Counted from the first letter of the stretch, positions 12,489-23,873 are shown. The stretch: DNA of 64,000 nt from Azolla caroliniana (GCA_043228905.1 JBHGNT010000013.1:5828001-5892000), one strand, 5' to 3'. Notes: generated from the letters alone by a model not told the origin. Translations and numbers: made by a program.

Positions 12489-14468
12489 CCGACCAAAAAA
12501 CGACTAGCATGGCATGCTAAGCGTGTTAACAAACACTTTAGACACGCCGTGCATCCTTGTAGACGCCTATTTTATCTTCTTAATAGGACCACCTCCACCC
12601 CAGACACTTTTATGTGGCTAGGTAATACAAATACATCTTTCCCCTTCCGCCCACGCCATAAAAAATCCAATAGACTACGAAAAAAGTTTTGGAAACCACT
12701 TAGTGCTACCCTTCGAATAGAAAGTAAAATTCACAATTTATCTAAACACCCCCTTACAAATAATGAAACACAATTGCTAAGCTTAGGACTCAAATACATT
12801 CCACCATCCTCTCTACCTTCCACTAATACTATCATTAAAGAATTTGCTAGTTTAAGTAGATCTTTACGTTTAAAACATTTCTTTAGAGACATGGACTCAC
12901 CCCCCCTTAATCCATTTAAACTACCAAATCCTAACTGGAATCCACCATCTCAATATCCCCCTCTTGAAAATATTATTAAAAAACATGAAACCCTCCTTTT
13001 GTCTAAACTCCAACAACCTAAACCCAAACCCGTTAGGACACCATTTCACCTTCGCACAACCCTTAAGAGCCTTAGGAAAAACAACCAAATTATCGTTCTT
13101 CCGGCTGATAAGAACATGGGAGTATGTGTTCTAGACAAAGATACCTATTATGAAAAAGCTATAAATCACCTCTCGGATACCACCACCTATAGAAAAGTAA
13201 CCCATTTTCCATTAGAAGAACTCTTATACCGCCTAAATAGTATAGTGCAAAAAAATCTAGGGACACTTTCCTTTATCGAAGCTAATTACATACTCCATAA
13301 ACCTGTAAAGGGATATCAAGTATCTAATATTTACTTTCTCCCTAAACTCCATAAAACACCCATTAGCTTTAGACCCATCTGTTCTTATAATAACTCGATA
13401 TTCGAGCAAACCTCGAAATGGCTACATTTTCAACTATTACCCATCCTAGTACTCCAAAAACAATACCTAAAAGACGCACACTCACTCATCCAGAAACTAG
13501 AACAACTAACCTCCCCTCCTAACAGTTTCATCTTCTCTTTTGATGTAGAATCCCTTTATCCTAGCATCCCCCCTAAGTTAGGACTCGAAGCACTCCGCCA
13601 TATCATCTCTCCCCATTTTTCCTTAGCCAAGACCAATCTTATCTATACCCTTAGCGCTCTAACCCTAGAGTATCACTATCTAACCTTCGATAACCAAGTA
13701 TACCAACAAATCAAAGGAACGGCCATGGGTAGCAATTTCTCAGTTGTCTATGCATGCCTTTTCTTATCACACCTAGAAAACTCACAAACCACACCCCATC
13801 TCTTCTATTTTACTAGGTACATAGATGATGCATTCGGGGTTTGGACAGGTACGAAACCCCAACTCTTAGACTACCTCAGTTTCTATAGCCTTATGACCAA
13901 TAACTCTATTAAACTTACGATCCATACATCCCCCACTAGGCTCCCTTTCTTGGATATTTGGATCAATCTAGAGAACTCTAAGTTCTCTTTCAATTGTTTC
14001 CAAAAACCATTAAATTCCTATCAATATCTTCCCTTCTCCTCAGACCATCCTATACACGTCAAACAAAATTTTATTTCGAACGAATTAAAACGCTACCTAG
14101 TTAGAGAAAGCACACCTATAGGGTACCTAGAAATGAAAAAACGTTTCTTCCTTAGACTCATTAGCCGAGGTTACCCACCAAATTTCATCCTTAAAGCCTT
14201 TAATAAACATCCTTTCTCCCTTAGGAATACTCTCATCCATAAGCATAAAAACAAATCTTCCCTTACACCTACCATATTCAAGCTTAGGTACTCTAAAAAC
14301 TCCCCTAAATTAGGTATCCACTCGTTCTTAAAAGACTTACACATCGACCTTAGCCTAGATCCCCAACTATAAAACATTCCTAAGCCTTTCATATGTTGGA
14401 CCAAGTCCAAATCACTCTATTCTTATCTAGTCAAAACTAAATATATTAGATCCTCAAATCCCCATTAA
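12489..14468 (+). CDS. Penelope-like reverse transcriptase; premature TAA at 14370-14372; no endonuclease
   Basis: NLSKHPLT..LLSLGLKYIP, PADKNMG, LPKLHK..FRPI, FDVESLYPSIP, QIKGTAMGS, RYIDD, PFLDI, YLPFSSDHP. The PLE-like tail PFICWTKSKSLYSYLVK continues in frame after the stop and ends at 14468. Confidence 0.9.
12495..12552 (+). promoter_or_regulatory. Putative programmed -1 ribosomal frameshift signal (A AAA AAC + 5-nt spacer + stem-loop)
   Basis: Heptamer 12495-12501 is in the ORF1 frame just before its stop; the -1 frame is the RT frame. Hairpin 12507-12552: GCAUGGC/GCCGUGC, CUAAG/UUUAG, GUGUU/AACAC. Confidence 0.75.
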
Positions 14469-14694
14469 AACATCACACTTACTATTGCTATCATTCTACT
14501 AGAACTAAATATAATAGATCCTCAAATCATCCCTTACCATCAAACTCATTAAGCTATCCCTCTCTACATTCACTACCTCCCTAACTCCCAAATCCTCCTT
14601 TATACACATTCAAATCCCCTCTCATCCATCCCCACCACTCCCCTTCACTCTTCTTGCATCTTCCCCTATATAAGCCTCTCACATTTTTGTATAT

Positions 14695-14747
14695 GGTCTT
14701 TAACACTGATGAGCTCATATAGAGCAAAACATGTTTGCCAAAAGACC
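14695..14747 (+). ncRNA. Decayed minimal type I hammerhead ribozyme in the PLE 3' region
   Basis: GGTCTTT..CTGATGA-GCTC-ATATA-GAGC-[A]AAAC-AT-GT[T]..AAAGACC. Core GAAA>AAAA and GUC>GUU. TATATAA lies ~20 nt upstream. Confidence 0.7.
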
Positions 14748-15601
14748 TTTTCTTACATAAATTGAAATTTGAATTCTCTCTCTCTCTCTCTCTCTCTTCT
14801 CCTCCCCTACTACTCTCTTTTATACTATTCTTTAGTTACCATACTATTTACACTAACTATCCAACCGCCGAAGGTTATATGCTCGCACTCCTTGCTTAGG
14901 CCATACGGCCCACAAGTACTAAAGAGTGAAACGGGGTCCGGTCAACCGGGCCCAAACCGAAGAAGAACCGACAAGGCCGGATTTGCTCGGACAAACATGT
15001 ACCGGCCGGTTACGATTAGGAAAGGGAGCCGACCAAACCGGAACTCCATCGACCGAGACCGATCCGGGCGAAGGCTATGTCGGCATGATTGGAGGCCGAG
15101 GCGTACGAGCCACAACACGCGGTGGGAGCCGGTGAGCGCAAGAAGGAGGCTAACCGGGCACGGTGATTACGGCTTGGCGGAAGACCGAGAGCAAGGGAAA
15201 CCCTCCCCACCTATTCCTGAGACTTCGGCGGTAGCGGATCAACATAAGACCGAAGAGACGGCGGGTGGCGGTGAGGACTTGGAGACCAGAACGGACGAGG
15301 CTACCAGAACGGGTACCCGGTGCGTGAAGACGGTCGAGCACGGCCCAGATGGCGAGCCGGACTCGGAAAGGGCTACGGCAACAAAGGACAAAGAGACCGA
15401 CGCGGAGGTCAGGACTACGGCGGATGAAGGGCGTGACACGAAGCATGCATTACGGTCGGTGAAGGGCCCAAGAACGAGCATGCATCCGAGAGAGCGTCAA
15501 CGAGTGATCGGAAACGGTGGACCGATTGAGCCTTTGAGAGGCGAAGACTCGGTGGTGGACTGAGAGTGGGAGGAACCCTCCACACCTATCCGTGAGGCAT
15601 C

Positions 15602-18600
15602 TGTTGGAAGCAATGTCGTCTGTGCGGAAGATCTTGAAGCACTCGATTCCTGTTTATTCCCTGTGTATGACAGAATGTAGGTCGTTGCACAGAGAGAGAG
15701 AGAGAGAGAGAGACACAAAAGAGTTTCTTATTTCATAAAGCAACAATACAACAACCAACCTCACAAAGAGGTTACAAGGTCACTATATATAGTGACCGAC
15801 TTAGGGCAACTGCCCTTTATGCTAATTACATAAATGGCCAAAACGGGATGGTGTGAATACGTCCATTATACACAGGTATTCAACACTCCCCCGTAATGGG
15901 CGTATACATGGGTTATCTAAGGTTACAGGTATAGACTTAGGTTCTCGGACATATCAGCTTTGTTCGAGTCGGCAGGGTTCGAAGGCAGAAGACCGAACTG
16001 GTCGGGTCGGAACAGTTGAAGCCGATCATTAAGGAACTGATGTCGGTTGTCGGGAACCATCCTGCTCTGTGTCCGGCTCTAACCGGACTGGTTTGTCGTT
16101 ACGCCCATCTGATGCCGAAGAGACCGAAAACGGTCTGCCGAAAGACACTTGGTCATTCCATCTGCGACATTGTCGGTTGTGGATATTTTCTCTAGACCGA
16201 TTTTCCTTGAAATGACGCAGTCCCGAACGAAGTGATATCGAACATCGATATGTTTGGAGGCGTTGTGGTGAACCGGATTTTTCGACAAGGCAACAGCACC
16301 TTGACTGTCGCTGTAGACAACTGGAGCCGAGTCATGTTCGACTTGTCGAAACGTGTGCGCCAGCCGACCGAGCCACAAAGCTTCTTTTGCTGCGTCGGAC
16401 GCAGCTACATATTCTGCTTCGGTCGTTGAGGTCGCTGTGCACTCCTGAAGTTTCGACTTCCACGAGATTGCTCCATTGCCGAATTTGAAGCAGTATCCGG
16501 TTGTTGATTTCCGGCTGTCTATACAGCCGGCGAAGTCCGAGTCGGTGTAACCGACTACGCCTGAGGTTCGGTTCGGACCGAAAAGAATGCCGTGATCTTT
16601 TGTGCCAGCCAGATATCTGAACACATGCTTGACTGCGTTCCAATGCGATCGGCCAGGATTGTGCATAAATCTGCTAACGACTCCTACGGCATGAGAGATG
16701 TCAGGCCGTGTCGCGACCATCAGGTACATAAGGGAGCCGACTGCCGGTGCATACGGTACCGACTTCATATCTTCCCCCTCCGAACCGGATGTCGGGCAGT
16801 CTCGCTGAGAGAGCCGAAGATTCATAGGGAGTGGGGTTGAAGCAGATTTGGCTGATTGCATGTTGAAGCGTTCCAAGACACGTCCGATATAGTCGGTCTG
16901 AGACAAAAAAAGATGTCGTGTATCGCGATGCCGACTAATCTTCATGCCAAGGATGTGTCGTGCCGGACCGAGGTCCTTCATGGCAAACTTCAACCGCAGT
17001 TGCCGAACGAGATCGGCAAGTTCGCCCGCGTGGCGTCCAGAAATTAGCATGTCGTCCACGTAAATGATGAGGAAGATGGGTGATCCATCTTGAGCTGTGT
17101 TGGTGAAGAGACAATGGTCCTCATCGCTTTTGGAGAAGCCGATCGATTGGATGAAGTCGTCGAACTTCTTGTACCATTGTCGCGGTGCCTGTTTGAGGCC
17201 GTATAGACTCTTCCTGAGTCGGCAGACTAGATGTTCTTGGCCAGTTGCCACGAAGCCTTTTGGCTGCTCCATATAAATTTCCTCCTCGAGATCACCATGG
17301 AGGAAGGCTGTTTTGACATCTAGCTGAATCAGCTCCAAGTTGTCGGCTGCCACGACGCCGAGCAGAAAACGAAGGGTTGTCATTTTCACCACTGGTGAAA
17401 AAATCTCGTCGAAGTCGACGCCATATTCTTGTCGGAAGCCCTTCGCAACTAATCTGGCCTTGTACTTTGGGGTGGTCGAATCAGACGTCTCTTTTAGTCG
17501 ATAAACCCACTTGCAAGGAAGAGCACGTCGGTTCCTAGGTAATTCGACCAGATCCCAAGTCTTGTTTGCACGGATGGAGTGCATTTCCGACTCCATCGCC
17601 AGATGCCAGGTGGCCGAATCGACAGATGTCGATGCTTCTTCGTAAGACGTCGGTTCGCCGGCGTCGGTGAAGAAAATTCCAGGAGAATACCTCTCCGGAG
17701 GTTGCGACAGTCTCTCGGATCGTCGAGGTATGATTGGACTGGTCGCATCGGGTATCGAGGTCGGATGGTCCGAAACCGAATCATTCGGCTGTGCTGAGTC
17801 AGAGTTGTCTGAGTCGGTAGTATAAGGTTCAGCTACCCGTGAAGCTGACCGTGTGTTGAGAGCGGGGCCTTCTTGAAGGGTCGGCACATCGGAGAATGTT
17901 ACCCTTCGGACTTCGATCAGTTTTTCGACTGATGGATTCATAGCCGACTCGTTGAACACAACGTCCGAACTTCGAACGATTTGTCTGCGTTCGGGGTCCC
18001 AGAGTCGGTATCCCATTTCGCTGTCTGATCCATATCCAAGGAAAATGCATTTCCTGGACCGAGGTGCAAGTTTTCGGCGATCATCTTTCGGAATAAGGGC
18101 GTACGCCTCGCATCCGAAGATCCTCAGCTTGTCGTAATTCGGCTTGCTGCCGATCCATAGTTCCTGAGGAATTTGAAGTCCTAGAGGTCTACTTGGCGAC
18201 ATATTGATTATGTGTACTGCCGTGAGTAGAGCCTCTGCCCAGAAGCCATCCGACAGTCCGGAGTGTTGGAGCATGGAAACTATCCTTTCTTGGATTGTCC
18301 GATTCATTCGTTCTGCAACCCCGTTTTGCTCCGGACTGTGTGGTGCCGTAAATTCATGTCGGATGCCGCGTTGTCGGCAGAATTTGACGAATTCGTCGGA
18401 TTTGAACTCTCCCCCATTATCGGTCCGAAGGCATTTCAGCTTTCGGTCGGTTTGATTTTCTACCATAGCGAGCCAATCGGTGAAGATCGAGAAGACACGA
18501 TCTTTGGTGCGAATTGGATAAGCCCACACCTTTCGAGTCGAATCGTCAATAAAACTGACGAAGTAAGAGGCACCGCCTAGAGACTGATTCGGCATTGGGC

Positions 18601-20952
18601 CACAGACGTCCGAATGGACTAGATCGAGAGGTCTCGTTTCTTTTGGTGCTGATGTCGGGTGTGATGTGGCTACTTGTTTGCCATACTGGCAATGCTCGCA
18701 GAATTGATGGTCGGAGAAGGAGAGTTTGGGGATGTACCCGGCTCTGGATAGGTGCGTGATGCCGGCCTTGCTGAGGTGTCCTAATCTTCGGTGCCATAGT
18801 GATGACACAGGAATATCCACCAAAAACAGGTTACCCTCTCTGAGCGTAACATGTAGCGGATACAATGAGTGTATCTTAGGTCCTCTAGCAAGCAGGAGGT
18901 TCCCCCTGTGGAGTGTCCACCCTCCCGAAGAAAAACCGGCACGAATGCCGTCTTCATCTAGTTGTCCGACTGAGATCAATGGCCTTGAGAGCTCGGGTAC
19001 ATGTCGGACACTGTGGAGTACAAGTGTTGAGCCACCTGCAAGGTTGAGCTCTACTGTGCCGATTCCGATGATGTCGCAGTGTTGCGAGTTACCGACTCGA
19101 ACTGAGTCGGAGTGACGGATCGTATATTGCCGAAATTGGGATCGATGAGGAGTCACGTGAAACGACGCGCCCGAATCTAAGAGCCATGTGCTCGACTCTT
19201 CAGTCGTGAGTAGAACTTCTGATCCGACTGGATTTTCGATTGATAGTATATTCGGGTCGTCTGGTAGCACATCAGCTGAGAAGCTGACGTAGTTGACCTC
19301 CTCATGCCGGCCACTCTTCTTGTTGTTCTTGTTCTTGAGTGCGCGGCAGTCGGCTTTGATGTGTCCGGGTTTCTTGCAATAGTTGCAGGTTCGGTTATCC
19401 CGTGACTGGCTCCGTCTTCGCTGATTGTTCGGCGGTCGTGAGGAATCTCTTCCTCGTATGTTCGATCGGTCTGTCGAACCTTGTACTACGTAAGCGTCGT
19501 CCGTTGAGTCTTTGGCAAAAGACTTTCTCCGAGCTGCTTCGGTCAGGATTGCGCTCGTGACTTCGGAGTATTTAACAGCCGTGGTTGACGCGTTGCACAC
19601 AGTTGTGACGAAAGTTTCCCATGATGAGGGAAGGCTGCTCATGAGTATCATTGCTCTGAGCTCATCCTCGATTGCCGTCCCCTGTGACGAGATTTGGGAG
19701 CTTATGCTTTCGTACTCATTGAGGTGTGCTTGAACCGAATCGGATTCTTTCATCCGCAAGTTGTAGAGGCGCCGGATCAGAAACATCTTTGTTGCGGCGA
19801 CCTTCTTTTCGTAAGTGTCCGACAGCGTTTTCCACAGTTCGAATGCTGTCGTACACGATTGCACCGTAAAGTATACCGATTCCGATAGGTGCATCCGAAT
19901 CGTGGCGCGGACGATTCTGTCCAGCTTCTGCCACTCAATTGGTTTGTATCCTTCTGGAGGTTCTTCATTTTCGATGGGATCGATCTGCCCCTTGACTATG
20001 AGATAGTCCTGCATTTGTTCCTTCCAGAAGTTGAAGTTCGATCCATCGAACTTTCGTAGACTCATTTCTGACGAGCCGGATGTTGATGCCATCAAATTCG
20101 GTTTCAGTTGACGAAGCTCGGTTCGGAGTTGACTACGAACCTTGTTGGAGTGCAGCCGGTTGGCTCACCCGATATCGTTCTAGTCGGATTTGAACCCGAG
20201 TCGGTTCGGCTTCGGAACTTGCTCGAATTGACTCCGGTAACTTGAGGGACAGAACCGACTGGTCTTCCCGAATGTTGCCGAGTCGGAGTGAGCCCGGTTC
20301 GTTTCGGATATATATGCCGAATACCGATTATTAAAACCGATTATCTGAACCGATTTTGCTTCGGTTGACTGCAGCGACGAGAGAGACGGATCCGACTGAT
20401 CCTCCCGAATGTCGATCAGCCAGATGAAGCATGAATTTGGGTTGTTGTCAGGGTTGCACAAGGGGATTTCACCTCGAGCGGTTACGATCACGGGGAGCGG
20501 AGTACAACCTGCTGGCTTACTCCAAACAAAGATGATCTAACGCGATGAGATGCAAACCTGGTTTTTCTTCTTCTTCTCTCTTCTTCGAATGACGCAGGGA
20601 ACCGAATGCAGAGACGACGGCCGACAGCGGATTGAGGGACCGACTACTGTGCAGGCTCTGATACCAGATGTTGGAAGCAATGTCGTCTGTGCGGAAGATC
20701 TTGAAGCACTCGATTCTTGTTTATTCCCTGTGTATGACAGAATGTAGGTCGTTGCACAGAGAGAGAGAGAGAGAGAGAGACACAAAAGAGTTTCTTATTT
20801 CATAAAGCAACAATACAACAACCAACCTCACAAAGAGGTTACAAGGTCACTATATATAGTGACCGACTTAGGGCAACTGCCCTTTATGCTAATTACATAA
20901 ATGGCCAAAACGGGATGGTGTGAATACGTCCATTATACACAGGTATTCGACA
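15602..20952 (-). mobile_element. Ty1/copia element C2, structurally intact
   Basis: 284-bp LTRs 15602..15885 and 20669..20952 (2 differences). TSD GCATC (15597-15601/20953-20957), Met-i PBS 20655-20666, PPT beside 15885. Confidence 0.97.
16079..20092 (-). CDS. Uninterrupted copia gag-pol polyprotein (~1337 aa)
   Basis: CNYCKKPGHIKADC, LLDSGAS, WHRRLGH..CEHC, HSDVCG/DNGGEF, YVDD, TDSD; no stops or frameshifts. Confidence 0.96.
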   Translation of the reverse strand: MASTSGSSEMSLRKFDGSNFNFWKEQMQDYLIVKGQIDPIENEEPPEGYKPIEWQKLDRIVRATIRMHLSESVYFTVQSCTTAFELWKTLSDTYEKKVAATKMFLIRRLYNLRMKESDSVQAHLNEYESISSQISSQGTAIEDELRAMILMSSLPSSWETFVTTVCNASTTAVKYSEVTSAILTEAARRKSFAKDSTDDAYVVQGSTDRSNIRGRDSSRPPNNQRRRSQSRDNRTCNYCKKPGHIKADCRALKNKNNKKSGRHEEVNYVSFSADVLPDDPNILSIENPVGSEVLLTTEESSTWLLDSGASFHVTPHRSQFRQYTIRHSDSVRVGNSQHCDIIGIGTVELNLAGGSTLVLHSVRHVPELSRPLISVGQLDEDGIRAGFSSGGWTLHRGNLLLARGPKIHSLYPLHVTLREGNLFLVDIPVSSLWHRRLGHLSKAGITHLSRAGYIPKLSFSDHQFCEHCQYGKQVATSHPTSAPKETRPLDLVHSDVCGPMPNQSLGGASYFVSFIDDSTRKVWAYPIRTKDRVFSIFTDWLAMVENQTDRKLKCLRTDNGGEFKSDEFVKFCRQRGIRHEFTAPHSPEQNGVAERMNRTIQERIVSMLQHSGLSDGFWAEALLTAVHIINMSPSRPLGLQIPQELWIGSKPNYDKLRIFGCEAYALIPKDDRRKLAPRSRKCIFLGYGSDSEMGYRLWDPERRQIVRSSDVVFNESAMNPSVEKLIEVRRVTFSDVPTLQEGPALNTRSASRVAEPYTTDSDNSDSAQPNDSVSDHPTSIPDATSPIIPRRSERLSQPPERYSPGIFFTDAGEPTSYEEASTSVDSATWHLAMESEMHSIRANKTWDLVELPRNRRALPCKWVYRLKETSDSTTPKYKARLVAKGFRQEYGVDFDEIFSPVVKMTTLRFLLGVVAADNLELIQLDVKTAFLHGDLEEEIYMEQPKGFVATGQEHLVCRLRKSLYGLKQAPRQWYKKFDDFIQSIGFSKSDEDHCLFTNTAQDGSPIFLIIYVDDMLISGRHAGELADLVRQLRLKFAMKDLGPARHILGMKISRHRDTRHLFLSQTDYIGRVLERFNMQSAKSASTPLPMNLRLSQRDCPTSGSEGEDMKSVPYAPAVGSLMYLMVATRPDISHAVGVVSRFMHNPGRSHWNAVKHVFRYLAGTKDHGILFGPNRTSGVVGYTDSDFAGCIDSRKSTTGYCFKFGNGAISWKSKLQECTATSTTEAEYVAASDAAKEALWLGRLAHTFRQVEHDSAPVVYSDSQGAVALSKNPVHHNASKHIDVRYHFVRDCVISRKIGLEKISTTDNVADGMTKCLSADRFRSLRHQMGVTTNQSG

Positions 20953-21956
20953 GCATCGGCGGCCGCGGATCGAAGGGAAACCGAAGAAACGGTGGGTGGC
21001 GGTGAGGAGTTGGAGACGGACGCGGAGGTCGGGTCTACGGCGGAAGCGCGACACGAGACACATGCAATACGGCTGGTGGAGGGCCAAGACACAAGCATGC
21101 ATACGACGGATGGGCGACAACAATTGACCGACGATGACGGTCGGGTCAAGCCTTCGAGAGGCAAGCGCGGGATGAACGACGGCTCGGCGAAACACCAAGA
21201 CCGAAGACATGGGCCGAGCGCGATCGGCATGAGCGGAGAGTCGTGTCTTGAGAACCGAAGAAAGTGCGCGGAGAGCAACGGGCTGCGCGCCGGGAAGAGG
21301 AAGCGCGGCTTCCCGGAGGGCATGCAAGGCCAAGCGGTCCAAGAGGGCGCAAGTCGAGGCGAAGCGGTAACGGGAGCCTTGAGGGACACCGACACAGAGG
21401 TCGGGATGACAGTACGCTCTACCGCGAGAGAGCAAGGCGAACGACGGGGAAAGCCTATGGAAGGCAAGCGCCGAGCGGAGAGAGTCGGCATGCCGAGGTG
21501 TGCGGCATGCAAAGGGTAGAATCTAACATGCGACCGGGAGCGCATCCGGAGGATATACGAGGCGGACAAAGGAAGAGCAACCGGGTCGGCGACGGCGTTC
21601 AGGAGGATCGAACGGGGAGGAAATCACGGGCATCGGATACGTCGGATCGGATGTAGTCGGTGGTGCAAGGATCCACGGTGGACATGGCGGATCGGGTGGA
21701 GGCAACGGCTCGTTGAACATCGTCGAGTGTGGCGGATCGGATGGCGCCGACGGTTCGAGACCATTCGGAGAGGATGGTGGACCGGAAGGCGGCGGCGGTT
21801 CGTGTGGAGGGGGTGGTCTTGCTCGAAGTGGAGGACAAAACCGGGCGGGCCCATGAGGGCGCTAAGGACTCGGCCGGTCGTCGTGGCCGAAAATCTCGTG
21901 TTCTCTCCCCTATGTTTTGGCACATACCGGTGGATGTGCGGTTAGGTGGGGGCGGA

Positions 21957-22676
21957 TTTTGTGAAGATTTTTGTCCACGAGCGGAAACCCGAGCAACGAG
22001 AGCCAAAGAGCGACGTGCAACGTTGCACGCGTACATAATTTATTTGTAATAATAATAGGGGAAAAGGGTATGGTGCTAGAAATGCCCCATAAGATCCCTA
22101 AGGTATAAAGGCGATGTGGTCTTGTGCGCACATCCACGCGAGAGAGAGAGAGAGGCACTATGCAGTACATAGGTGCCTAGTTGTTTGTGAGGAGGTGGGA
22201 GTAAAGGGGCCATCAATCTCACCCTCCCCAAATCAAGGCAAATACCCCCTTTGAATGAAAGGGGATATTTTAGTCTCGTTTTTGTAAACGGTCTTCCCTC
22301 CTTGTGCTATAAAAGGAGAGGGAAGGCACCATTGTGAGGGTTGCCCATTTTGAGTGTGCGAGGTATACCACAGAGGTCGAGCGTTAGGGTTAGGGTTAGG
22401 GTTTCTTGATCTTTATCTTCATCTTCGTCGGTTAGGGTTTCGAGTAGCCGTTTAGTGCGGCCTATGTGGCCACCATTTTGTAATCGTTCATTTCGTTTTA
22501 ATATATCTTGTTGATCATTTTGTCTCCATCTTCCTCTTGTTCGATCTAATCTCTTGTTGATTCTTCTTCTTCCTGAGCAAAGCTTCCATTCCGTGTCTGA
22601 TTCCTTCTCCTCTACTCCTTAGTCCAAGACCCCCGTGGTCCCGCCCTTCTCCACGCACGCGCGTAGCAACGCGACA
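21957..22676 (+). repeat. 3' LTR of element G (first bases TTTT instead of TGTC)
   Basis: Direct repeat of 1549..2268; preceded by PPT AGGTGGGGGCGGA. Confidence 0.93.
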
Positions 22677-22680
22677 ACGT

Positions 22681-23706
22681 CATGTGGTTCGAAGCACTAG
22701 AGTCGACGAACATATGTCTTCCGGACCGGAGACACTAGTTGATGTAGAAACCGACATAGAGTTTGCTCTACGTCTCATTACGAATAGTGCACCGTAGTTG
22801 TCGTACTCGGAGTTGGTGGCATAATTCGTGAGTTGTCGGCTTGTGGACGCTGAGTCACACATCTTCTTTCGACACTCTTCTTCGCGGTGGCCGATTTGCC
22901 GCAATATCCGCATTCGATGGAGGTTTGTCGGCTCGCACCGGAATGGTGGCTCCCGCTTCTTCCGAAGGTTCCTCAATGGGCTCCATCTTGTTGCCATAAT
23001 TGAGAGTTATTTTCGTAACTCGGGCTCGTCTGCCTCGTCATTGGCTGAATTGGCCTCTTCTTACACGGCTGTGTCCTTTTCCTCCGTTTGAATGCGTGTA
23101 GAGCATATGGCCTTCTAAGGCATTGCTCCTTGTTCGAACATGATTCTCTTCTACCAATAACATGGATTGAAGATCGAAAAAGGAGGTCGGATTCTCCCAT
23201 GCTAGTATGGCGGTCCGCATCGCGCCAAACCGTGGTGCAAGGCCGCCGAGGCATATTTGCACCATTTAGTAATCCTCCACGTTTACGCTTATTGAGCCGA
23301 GCGCATCACAAAGCTCCTTGATCTTCAAGGTGTAGCTTGTGATGGACATACCCCTTTGTTGGATGTTGTTCAACTCTTGGTGGAGTTGAAGCTTCCTCGT
23401 GGTCGTGTTGGCGTCGAAAATCTTTTGTAGATTCTCCCATGCTTCCTTCGGCGTCTCGGCTTCTCGAATGTAGCCGAGCATGTGGTCGTGAATGCATGTC
23501 GCTAAGTAATACATTACTCGATTCGCCGCTTGCTCCCGTGTTGCGTAGTTGGCGTCTTTGGGGTCGGCTTTGTTTTCTTGTGCTCCTTTGATGTAACTCT
23601 AATAGCCTTGGACGACAAGGTATTGGTGCATCTTGTACTCCCAAGATGCAAAGTTGTTTCGATCCAACTTCTCATTAGGGAGAGCGCTCCCCATTTGAGT
23701 ATTCAT
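22681..23706 (-). pseudogene. copia A gag and protease N-terminus
   Basis: MGSALPNEKLDRNNFASWEYKMHQYL..., RKLQLHQELNNIQQ, MVQICLGGLA; multiple frameshifts. Confidence 0.88.
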
Positions 23707-23873
23707 GGTTGATGAAGTTTCCTTTCTTCTTTTCCTTCTCTCTCGAACACGAACTATGTAGTTGCATTACGATAGCGATGAGCTAGTTCTTCTTGAACGT
23801 TTGCGTAGAACACAACACACAATTACGATGAGGTGAGTGGGCTAGATCGAGCTACCAAGTTGCTCTGATACCA

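Larger units (their letters stand above)
5637..12507 (+). pseudogene. PLE ORF1 (low-complexity, P/N/H/S-rich), segments 5637..6402 and 11764..12507
   Basis: Open from the 5' junction (ARTATELRDK...MYEGEEE). One frameshift near 5940, then stop-free 5941..6402. Rejoins in frame across the CACCC TSD, with one TAG, into ORF 11821..12507. Confidence 0.65.
5637..14920 (+). mobile_element. Endonuclease-deficient Penelope-like retroelement, 5'-truncated, interrupted by copia C1
   Basis: C-rich/G-poor segment between the duplicated blocks. Contains a Pro/Asn/His-rich ORF1, a -1 frameshift signal, a PLE-type RT and a 3' hammerhead relic. No GIY-YIG motif seen. Confidence 0.85.
14921..21712 (+). repeat. 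Right copy of the 1436-bp duplication (split by copia C2)
   Basis: Matches 4201..5636 once 15602..20957 is removed. Confidence 0.95.
1549..22676 (+). mobile_element. Non-autonomous gypsy-like LTR element G (LARD-like), tRNA-Trp primed, 4-bp TSD ACGT
   Basis: 720-bp LTRs with TGTCG...CGACA outer termini, about 17 differences by manual count. TSD ACGT at 1545-1548 and 22677-22680. PBS 2274-2291, PPT 21944-21956. About 3.6 kb of internal sequence remains after removing insertions and the duplication, with no PR/RT/IN. Confidence 0.85.

Noticed and set aside
12549-14372. LINE, DIRS or group II intron RT, or telomerase
   Set aside because: Motifs (ADK, LPKLHK, GTAMGS, YLPFSSxHP) and the hammerhead are PLE-type; no APE, RNase H or tyrosine recombinase is present.
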